Part shown: positions 1-6,282 of the stretch, piece by piece
Numbering within the stretch: the first letter of the stretch is position 1
Layout: each line of letters begins with the position of its first letter
NCBI GenBank assembly: GCA_030668875.1
Contig: DAOVER010000095.1
Span: forward strand, 1-6,457
Length of the DNA stretch: 6,457 nucleotides
From: Candidatus Heimdallarchaeota archaeon
Lineage (GTDB): Archaea > Asgardarchaeota > Heimdallarchaeia > Heimdallarchaeales > Heimdallarchaeaceae
Direction: 5' to 3'
The notes under the pieces: generated by a model
Seen by the model: only the letters and a program-made list of their open reading frames with translations
What the model was told of the DNA's origin: nothing
Database searches by the model: none
Position numbers and translations under genes: made by a program

Positions 1-1887
1 ACACCTATGTATATCTCAACTGATCTCTGTCTTCATGTTTTACATTCAATTTTTGATAATTGTTTGAGAATCATAGAGTTAGAGTACTTTTATGGTAATT
101 TCAGTACAATGATTGATACTCTTCGGGGAGAGCAGATGGATCTGTACACTGTTACAGTTGAACCGGATCTTAAAGAAGCATTACAGTACAATGTTGCTTA
201 TCTATCTGTGATGATGCAATTATTAGATAGTACAACAAGTATTCCTGCATACGTGTATACTCTAGTTTCAGATGAGTTAAATAATATAGAGCAAGGAGGA
301 GGAGACTATTCACCTATTTTTGGATATAGAGAAGATTATTCTCAGTACAAACCAAGAGGGCATTATACTCGAAATGATGCATTTAAACGATATTTTAGAA
401 CCATGATGTATGCTGGGCGCATGGGCTTCTTATTGGATGATCAATCTACAAGTAATCCTGTTGGCGTTAAGCAAACAAGAATGGCTTTGGCTCTTGTATA
501 TTCATTTAATGCAGAAATCGGAGATAAGACAGTTTGGGATTACTGGGATAAAATTTGTCGCACAACTGATTTCCTTGTAGGAGGCAGTGATGATTTAACT
601 CCTGTAGAGTACTTGTCTGTTTGGGAAGAAGAAGGTGTCTTAAACTTCTTTGATCTGTCTTCTGATGATTTCATTCTTGATATGATTGATGCTCTCAAAG
701 AACTTAGAGACCCTAAAATTAACTCAGGATTTAGAGATGATTTTGAAGATGCAGAAGATGCATCAAAGGCTTTCAAGTTGTTTGGTCAAAGCTATACTCC
801 CGATGCATACATATTTCAAGAACTTGTGTTTGACAATCTACCTAACAGATATTTCCCTAAACCTTTGGATATTTTTTCTGTTTTTGGAAGTGAGCGAGCA
901 GAATATCATCTTGAGTCAGAGAATATTTATACGGGTTACGAAGAGAAAATACAGGTTTTAAGAGATGAGTTTAGCAGTCTAACCATTGCAAACTGGACAC
1001 AGAATATCTACTGGCAATGGCTTTATTCTTTATTACCCCTGCTTGATGAGAAGGGAGAGGGTTATCCAGGTTATATGTTATCAGATGTGTGGTTAGATAA
1101 ATCTTTGATGACAGCCCTAGCTAGTTGGGTAGAACTAAAGCATGACACAATTCTTTATGCAAAACAAGCTGCGACTGCTAGAGGTTTTGGTGATAGTATT
1201 GTTCATTATGTTGAACCTTATCCGAAAGTATACGCGCGCATCTCTGCTACTCTGAGAATGTTAAAAGAAGGATTAGATTCTAGAGATGTGTTATATGAAA
1301 ATCAAACTTATTTAGCGTTGAGTGAATCTTCTACCTCACAACAAAGAAGTAATTTCACGGTAAAATTTGATGATTTAATAGACATTTTTGATCGTTTAAC
1401 TGAATTGAGTATTAAAGAGTTGCAAAATGAAGAATTAACGGGTGATGATTACAAGTTCTTACATCATGTAGGCAAAGATTTTCAGATACTTGCAACATTT
1501 AACTATGAAGATATTGATGGTGCAGGTAATGAAGCCGATAAAAGAACAGCACTAATTGCAGATGTTTTTACTGAAAGCAATTCTCATCAGGTTTTGGAAG
1601 TTGCCGTAGGAGATCCATTTCTTATCTATGTTATTATTCAAAATCATATGGGAGATTTATATTTAACCAGAGGAGTAACTTTCTCCTACTATGAGTTTAT
1701 ACAACCTTCTAGCCAACGATTAACAGATGAAGAATGGCAAGAGATGTTAGATAGTTCCCCTCCAGAGTTACCTGAATGGATATCAACAAATTTACACATT
1801 ATCGAGGTTGAAGCTGCCATGATGAACAAAGTTCAGACTTATTCGAATGTGGTAAACATTGGAAAGGCAAAGGAAAAAATAATCTAA
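1..1887 (+). CDS. DUF3160 domain-containing protein, 5'-truncated (frame open from base 1)
   Basis: Frame +1 is open from base 1 (ACA CCT ATG...) to TAA 1885-1887. Motifs I recognise as DUF3160: ISTDLCLHVLHSIFD, EDYSQYKPRGHYT, YFRTMMYAGR, KLFGQSYTPDAYIFQELV, WTQNIYWQWLYSL, ALASWVELKHDTILYAKQ, YVEPYP, ALIADV, RGVTFSYYEF and RLTDEEWQEML. The first motif normally lies well inside the protein, so ATG 7 is probably not the true start. Confidence 0.85.
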   Translation, partial: TPMYISTDLCLHVLHSIFDNCLRIIELEYFYGNFSTMIDTLRGEQMDLYTVTVEPDLKEALQYNVAYLSVMMQLLDSTTSIPAYVYTLVSDELNNIEQGGGDYSPIFGYREDYSQYKPRGHYTRNDAFKRYFRTMMYAGRMGFLLDDQSTSNPVGVKQTRMALALVYSFNAEIGDKTVWDYWDKICRTTDFLVGGSDDLTPVEYLSVWEEEGVLNFFDLSSDDFILDMIDALKELRDPKINSGFRDDFEDAEDASKAFKLFGQSYTPDAYIFQELVFDNLPNRYFPKPLDIFSVFGSERAEYHLESENIYTGYEEKIQVLRDEFSSLTIANWTQNIYWQWLYSLLPLLDEKGEGYPGYMLSDVWLDKSLMTALASWVELKHDTILYAKQAATARGFGDSIVHYVEPYPKVYARISATLRMLKEGLDSRDVLYENQTYLALSESSTSQQRSNFTVKFDDLIDIFDRLTELSIKELQNEELTGDDYKFLHHVGKDFQILATFNYEDIDGAGNEADKRTALIADVFTESNSHQVLEVAVGDPFLIYVIIQNHMGDLYLTRGVTFSYYEFIQPSSQRLTDEEWQEMLDSSPPELPEWISTNLHIIEVEAAMMNKVQTYSNVVNIGKAKEKII

Positions 1888-1941
1888 TATGAACTTGAAG
1901 CTAGATGGATATTATTTGCAGTACAGAAGTAAATAAGTAAT

Positions 1942-1965
1942 TCTTTCGTCCTCTTTTTTTCTTTT
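1942..1965 (+). terminator. Putative oligo-T (archaeal-type) terminator after the DUF3160 gene
   Basis: Pyrimidine tract TTCTTTCGTCCTCTTTTTTTCTTTT containing T7 and T4 runs, ~55-80 nt after the stop. No GC hairpin precedes it. Confidence 0.45.
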
Positions 1966-1966
1966 A

Positions 1967-2000
1967 AAAGATAAGTTTAAATGAAAATGTTGATATAAAT
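1967..2000 (+). promoter_or_regulatory. Candidate archaeal BRE/TATA promoter(s) for the GNAT gene
   Basis: AAAGATAAG-TTTAAAT (TATA-like at 1976-1982 with a purine-rich BRE-like segment upstream) and GATATAAAT (TATAAA 1994-1999, about 23 nt before ATG 2019, compatible with a leaderless mRNA). The AT-rich background makes chance matches likely. Confidence 0.35.
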
Positions 2001-2018
2001 CCGTTCTAGACCTTATTC

Positions 2019-2963
2019 ATGGTAGTAGATAACAATCAGATTGAGATGAAAGGTGTCAATCTTTTCCAATGGAGATCTTTTAAGAAAAATTGGTTGAAAC
2101 TTCTTCTTATTAAAGATCCTGAAGCTGCTAACTATTCTCGATTCATGCGTTTCTTCATGTTATTGTATATTAGAATAACTGCAGAGAATTATTTTTGCTA
2201 TCATAAAGGTAAACGAGCTGGGTTACTCTCTCTAAGAAACAAAAAGGGATCTGATGCTTTCATCTTTGGAGTAGCTGTTTTACCAAAATTCAGGAAAAAG
2301 GGTTTGGGAAAATATATGATGGATTTTTCTGAGAAAAGAGCTAAAGAAACAAAGAAGAAATTCGTGGCTTTAGCTGTTTTGAATTCAAACGAACCAGCAG
2401 TCAATTTGTATAAGAAATTAGATTACAAATTTGTAGGTTTAGGAGTGACTCCTATCTCCATTTCTATTGATAAAATAACCAAGTCTAAGAGTAACTCTAT
2501 CGAATTTGAAACTATATTAGTATATACTGATGAATACAAAGAACTTCTTGCAAATACATTTCTGAGTCAGATAAATGCTGTTTCTCAGAACGATGGAGAG
2601 GAATATGTACGAGAAAATATTATAGAGGATTACCATAAACATATATTGCAGAATATTTCAAAATCTAAAAATCGATTTTTTCAAGTATTGGATAATGATG
2701 AGGAAATTGGTTTTCTCTTTTGTCAAAATAAAGGAACAACAAAGAGTTGTCGGGTAAATTTACATTCTAAAATAATTCTTACTATCGAACCATTATCTTA
2801 CCTTGCAGAGATATTAAAAGATATGATAGAAGATAATGAAAACTTTGAAAAACTCGAATTTAGAATATGCATACATCAAGCTGATAAATTGACTGATTTA
2901 CAAAATTCTGATTTTGTAAGAGACTCAACTCTAGATAAAAGCTTGATGATTAAAAAAATCTAA
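2019..2963 (+). CDS. GNAT-family N-acetyltransferase with a divergent C-terminal domain
   Basis: 314 aa ORF. Acetyl-CoA-binding motif A VAVLPKFRKKGLGK (2271-2312) and motif B LAVLNSNEPAVNLYKKLDY in the N-terminal half. Substrate cannot be assigned. Confidence 0.88.
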   Translation: MVVDNNQIEMKGVNLFQWRSFKKNWLKLLLIKDPEAANYSRFMRFFMLLYIRITAENYFCYHKGKRAGLLSLRNKKGSDAFIFGVAVLPKFRKKGLGKYMMDFSEKRAKETKKKFVALAVLNSNEPAVNLYKKLDYKFVGLGVTPISISIDKITKSKSNSIEFETILVYTDEYKELLANTFLSQINAVSQNDGEEYVRENIIEDYHKHILQNISKSKNRFFQVLDNDEEIGFLFCQNKGTTKSCRVNLHSKIILTIEPLSYLAEILKDMIEDNENFEKLEFRICIHQADKLTDLQNSDFVRDSTLDKSLMIKKI

Positions 2964-2971
2964 ATTCTAAT

Positions 2972-2986
2972 GTGAATATTTATATG
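2972..2986 (+). promoter_or_regulatory. Candidate TATA box upstream of the esterase gene
   Basis: GTGAATATTTATATG, with TTTATATG at 2979-2986 close to the archaeal TTTAWATA consensus. A start site near 3005 would give a ~20 nt leader containing a GGAG element. Confidence 0.45.
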
Positions 2987-3015
2987 GGAGAGTAGCCCAT
3001 CCACAATAACGGAAA

Positions 3016-3022
3016 GTGGAGA
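3016..3022 (+). promoter_or_regulatory. Shine-Dalgarno-like site for TTG 3026
   Basis: GTGGAGA (GGAG 3018-3021) lies 4 nt before the TTG. An in-frame TAA (3023-3025) directly precedes the TTG, so the ORF cannot extend upstream. Confidence 0.4.
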
Positions 3023-3025
3023 TAA

Positions 3026-4117
3026 TTGTCAAACGAGCAAAGAGCACAGCATGGTTCTACATGGAGTGCTTGGAAAGTGTTTCTAACCAATCTAGCGCAA
3101 AGTTACATAGAGTTTTTTCGTTGGATAAAGCACCTTTTTCTTCCAATAAATGATACTTTGGATCATGAAAAAGTTTACAAACAAGTTCTAAGTCCTTATG
3201 GTAATTTCCTTAGATGGTTTCACCGCTTATTATTTCCTCAAAGAGGAACCACAACTGTTTTGAAAGTGATGTTTAACATAGAATCTTTGAGTGCATATAT
3301 TCATAACTTGCGTCCTTCTCTAGTAGATAGGAGTTTAATAGATAGCGCTCAACCTTTTCATCTTGAAGGAAGTACTGAATATGGAATTCTATTAGTACAT
3401 GGATATTGCTCTAATCCAGCAGAAATGAGAGAGTTAGGAGAGGTATTAAATAATAAGGGTTACACTGTCGAAGCTGTTTTACTCAAAGGTCATGGAACAA
3501 CTGTACGAGATCTTACTACAACCGACTTCATTGATTGGTACGAATCAGTCCTGCAGGGATATGATAAACTATCAAAGACATGCGCCAACATCTCGATTCT
3601 AGGACATTCTATGGGAGGAACTTTATCTTTACTCCTTGCAGCAAACAGGGATGTTAAAGCTATTATCAGCCTTTGTGCACCATTGGATTTAGGGAAACTG
3701 TATCATGGTTTACCTATCCCTATACTCCCATCATTTTCCAAATTCGTCAGTAAATGGCCAAGGAAAAAGGGTCACATGAAACTGCACGATAAAGCAGGAG
3801 TAAAATCATATCGAGCTTCAAGCTTGCCTGGTGTCGTTGAGATGTTCGATTTGATGGAGGTTACAAGAGAAGATTTGAAGAAGGTTGAAGCTCCATTACT
3901 CATCGTTGGAGCAAAATATGATCATCATGTACCCCTTTCAAATATTAGCTTACTTGAACAAGTTGTAAAAAGTAAGAGAGTTGAGACTTTTACTGCTACT
4001 AAATCTGGACACACTGTTCTTTTTGATCAAGATAAAGAGGAGATATTCCAAAAAGTTGTAGCTTTCCTAGAATCATTAAAACAGAATGAAGAAAGATTAG
4101 AAACTGATGGTGAATGA
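3026..4117 (+). CDS. Alpha/beta-hydrolase, carboxylesterase/monoacylglycerol-lipase-like (COG1647, Est30/YvaK type), with N-terminal extension
   Basis: Family N-terminal pattern AQPFHLEG...GILLVHGY...EMRELGEVLNNKGYTVEAVLLKGHGT; nucleophile elbow GHSMGG (Ser195, codon 3608); Asp299 in GAKYDHHV (codon 3920); His329 in SGHTV (codon 4010). The TTG start is less certain than the product call; the alternative is ATG 3269. Confidence 0.9.
   Translation: MSNEQRAQHGSTWSAWKVFLTNLAQSYIEFFRWIKHLFLPINDTLDHEKVYKQVLSPYGNFLRWFHRLLFPQRGTTTVLKVMFNIESLSAYIHNLRPSLVDRSLIDSAQPFHLEGSTEYGILLVHGYCSNPAEMRELGEVLNNKGYTVEAVLLKGHGTTVRDLTTTDFIDWYESVLQGYDKLSKTCANISILGHSMGGTLSLLLAANRDVKAIISLCAPLDLGKLYHGLPIPILPSFSKFVSKWPRKKGHMKLHDKAGVKSYRASSLPGVVEMFDLMEVTREDLKKVEAPLLIVGAKYDHHVPLSNISLLEQVVKSKRVETFTATKSGHTVLFDQDKEEIFQKVVAFLESLKQNEERLETDGE
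4109..4113 (+). promoter_or_regulatory. GGTGA ribosome-binding site inside the esterase 3' end
   Basis: GATGGTGAATGAAATG: GGTGA is 5 nt before ATG 4119, and the esterase TGA (4115-4117) is 1 nt before that ATG. This suggests translational coupling. Confidence 0.55.
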
Positions 4118-4118
4118 A

Positions 4119-4589
4119 ATGATAACAAAGAAAAAAGAAAATAGTGTTGTTAAAAAATTCAAATGGTGGGTGACCCCTCTCAATTTAGTAGTCATCGCAG
4201 GTTTTCTAGCAATCATAGATTATTCAGTAGGTAATCCACCTAGAACTTTTGACTGGGTATATTGGCCAGCATTGGGATTTTTGCTGATATACGTTCTAAA
4301 CATCATCGTTGTTAGAAGACCTGAACTAGCTTGGTTTGTTGGTCCAACATTCTTTTTGCTGTTGTCAGTTTATCTATTAATCATTGATCTAGCCTACGGA
4401 TCAAACGATTCAATTTGGTTCTTGGATTGGGCACCTATACCTATAGGAGCTTTGCTGACTTTTGGAACCATCGTTCCAATAATCGTACAACTAGGTAAGA
4501 AGAAAATGCGCCCTAGAAAGAGATTGGAAGAATTGGAGAAAAAGAGAGTAAACCAAGAAGAAGATGAAAAAGAAGAAGTGAAAGAATAA
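4119..4589 (+). CDS. Hypothetical 4-TM membrane protein (two 56-aa repeats, 2TM-domain-like) with a charged C-terminal tail
   Basis: Four hydrophobic segments, a basic N-terminus and a K/R/E-rich tail. ATG 4119 (156 aa) is preferred over 4107 because of the GGTGA spacing. Confidence 0.8.
   Translation: MITKKKENSVVKKFKWWVTPLNLVVIAGFLAIIDYSVGNPPRTFDWVYWPALGFLLIYVLNIIVVRRPELAWFVGPTFFLLLSVYLLIIDLAYGSNDSIWFLDWAPIPIGALLTFGTIVPIIVQLGKKKMRPRKRLEELEKKRVNQEEDEKEEVKE
4164..4448 (+). repeat. Protein-level tandem duplication (56-aa period) in the membrane protein
   Basis: WWVTPLNLVVIAGFLAIIDYSVG aligns without gaps to WFVGPTFFLLLSVYLLIIDLAYG (W20/W76, P24/P80, IID36-38/IID92-94, G42/G98, numbering from 4107), followed by FDWVYWP and LDWAPIP. 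Confidence 0.7.
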
Positions 4590-5783
4590 TTAAAGTTTTT
4601 TCAAGATTTCTCTTATCTTTGCAACTACTATAGCTCCTTCACCAACTGCAGCTGCCACTTGTTGAGTTGACTGGCTTCTGCAATCACCTATAGCAAAAAG
4701 CCCAGGGATATTAGACATCATTTTCTCATCAGTTTTAATAAATCCTCTTTGATCCTGTTCAACAACACCTTCTGCAATTTCTGTATTGGGTTTAAGTCCT
4801 ACAAGCAGAAAAACTCCATCAGGGTTGAGGGTTACTTGTTTATTATTTGCTCTATCAAAGAATCTAATTGCCTCTAATGACTTCTTCTCTCCAACGATGT
4901 ATTCTTGAATTTCGTAGCTGGTGAAAGTTTTGATTTTTGGTTCTTGGACCACTTGTTCTTGAATAGTTTTTGTAACTGTAAGATTGTCCATTATTTCTAC
5001 CACGTAAACCTCAGAAGCAAAACGAGCGAGGAAAAGTGACTCTTCTAGAGCAGAATTCCCTCCGCCCAAGATTAGAACCTTCTTATCTTTGTAAAATGGT
5101 CCATCACAAACAGGGCAGAAGTGGATCTTGTAACCTAATAAGGTCGTCTCACCTTCTGTTCCCAGAGTACAGTAAATACTACCTGTAGATATAACGACAG
5201 TTTTTGCATTAATAGTATCACCATGTGAGGTTGTTACGTTGAAAATTTCTCCTTCTTTTTCTATCTTTGTTACCTCTGTGGCTTTTAGTAATTCTACACC
5301 GAATCTTTCAGATTGCTTTGTGAAGTTAACAGCGAGATCGATACCCTCTATACCTTCGGGAAAGCCAGGGTAATTTTCTATTCTTTCAGTGAAATTCATT
5401 CTTCCACCAAGAGCGCCTTTCTCGATAACAATTGTACCAAACCCTTCTCTGGAGGTATAAATAGCACAAGTTAATCCTGCGGGACCAGAACCAATAATTA
5501 GTACATCATACAGAGATTTTGTAGGTCGTGTAACTAAACCTAGCTTATTTGCTAACTCTGCATTGGTTGGTTCGACAAGATAAGTTCCATCTGAAAATTC
5601 TATTGTTGGAACCTTTCTTTTTCCTTCATTAACACTTTCAACAAATAAAGCAGCTTCCTCATCATCTGTAATATCAAAATAGTTGTATTCTATACGTTGA
5701 TCAGCGAGAAAAGATTTGGAAACCTTGCAATCAGAGCACCAAGGTGTCCCAAACAAACGTGTAATCTTAATCATATCTACCAT
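4590..5783 (-). CDS. trxB: Thioredoxin-disulfide reductase (low-MW TrxB type) fused to an N-terminal mycoredoxin/NrdH/glutaredoxin-like domain
   Basis: 397 aa from ATG 5783 (MVDM...; alternative ATG 5774). N-terminal WCSDC (5741-5727) and cis-Pro motif VPTI; FAD motif DVLIIGSGPAG; IENYPGFPEGIEGIDL; redox CPVCDG (Cys pair 5117-5106); pyridine-nucleotide motif GGGNSALEE; C-terminal TDEKMMSNIPGLFAIGD...QVAAAVGEG. The symbol describes the reductase domain only. Confidence 0.9.
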   Translation of the reverse strand: MVDMIKITRLFGTPWCSDCKVSKSFLADQRIEYNYFDITDDEEAALFVESVNEGKRKVPTIEFSDGTYLVEPTNAELANKLGLVTRPTKSLYDVLIIGSGPAGLTCAIYTSREGFGTIVIEKGALGGRMNFTERIENYPGFPEGIEGIDLAVNFTKQSERFGVELLKATEVTKIEKEGEIFNVTTSHGDTINAKTVVISTGSIYCTLGTEGETTLLGYKIHFCPVCDGPFYKDKKVLILGGGNSALEESLFLARFASEVYVVEIMDNLTVTKTIQEQVVQEPKIKTFTSYEIQEYIVGEKKSLEAIRFFDRANNKQVTLNPDGVFLLVGLKPNTEIAEGVVEQDQRGFIKTDEKMMSNIPGLFAIGDCRSQSTQQVAAAVGEGAIVVAKIREILKKL

Positions 5784-5871
5784 AATCAGATAAATTCGAA
5801 TCTTTTTAATCTTCGTAATTGACAAAATTAATTGTACTGTGTAAGATAATAGTAGAAGGGAGAAAGAAGTC

Positions 5872-6282
5872 TTAATTAATTCTCTGTCCGCAGTTAACAC
5901 AGAAACTTTGTTTTTCTGTTTCTAATTTGATTCCACAGTAATTGCAAAACTGCATTTCATAATGATTTCTATATTTATAATCTGGAGTTGAAGTGAAATC
6001 TTTCTTTTCCTCTCTAACCACTGGAGGTTCGTACTGACGATAAGGGGATTGTGCTCTTGCATTTGTTTCTTCTTGATTCCTCTTACTCATCCTTCTTCTA
6101 GAACTTACTCCTCCTAATGCGACGATAATTATAATAATTATCACGATAGGTGAGAAAGTCCAAGTAATTTTGGGAACATATCCCAGATAGAATCCAAAGT
6201 ATACCACTGCACCTAAAATCAATAAGATCAAAGGTATTCTTCCAAAAAAACTATGCTTATTTCTGTTTCTGTGTCTATGCAT
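5872..6282 (-). CDS. Hypothetical 2-TM membrane protein with a C-terminal zinc ribbon
   Basis: 136 aa; hydrophobic segments at about residues 16-36 and 42-59 flanked by basic residues; C-terminal FCNYCG-x-FCVNCG (CxxC-x11-CxxC, 5946-5890). An in-frame TAG three codons upstream fixes ATG 6282 as the first possible start. Confidence 0.8.
   Translation of the reverse strand: MHRHRNRNKHSFFGRIPLILLILGAVVYFGFYLGYVPKITWTFSPIVIIIIIIVALGGVSSRRRMSKRNQEETNARAQSPYRQYEPPVVREEKKDFTSTPDYKYRNHYEMQFCNYCGIKLETEKQSFCVNCGQRIN

Noticed and set aside
540-776. 78 aa minus-strand ORF
   Set aside because: Antisense shadow inside the well-supported DUF3160 gene; Ser-rich with no motifs.
686-961. 91 aa alternate-frame + ORF
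   Set aside because: Wholly inside DUF3160 in another frame, with no recognisable features.
1961-1970. Perfect palindrome CTTTTAAAAG between the T-tract and the promoter-like region
   Set aside because: Low-complexity A/T palindrome, expected by chance where a T-tract meets a purine-rich BRE-like segment.
2201-2404. 67 aa minus-strand ORF
   Set aside because: Antisense to the GNAT catalytic core; its Phe/Leu richness mirrors the Lys codons on the + strand.
4115-4117. Selenocysteine or readthrough at the esterase TGA
   Set aside because: The catalytic domain is complete before the stop and the next gene is in a different frame. Both reductase CxxC motifs use ordinary Cys codons.
4107-4118. 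Start of the membrane protein at ATG 4107
   Set aside because: ATG 4119 has a well-spaced GGTGA and directly follows the esterase stop. 4107 remains possible but has no RBS.
2019-5783. Mycothiol-like thiol system (tandem GNAT as MshD plus mycoredoxin-like domain)
   Set aside because: The genes are on opposite strands and separated by two others; the GNAT shows no specific MshD resemblance; no MshA/B/C genes are in the window.
5784-5900. 39 aa N-terminal extension of the reductase in the ORF track (apparent hydrophobic leader)
   Set aside because: Uses a non-ATG start, overlaps the zinc-ribbon gene's last codons and spans the intergenic region. The redoxin domain starts right after ATG 5783/5774.
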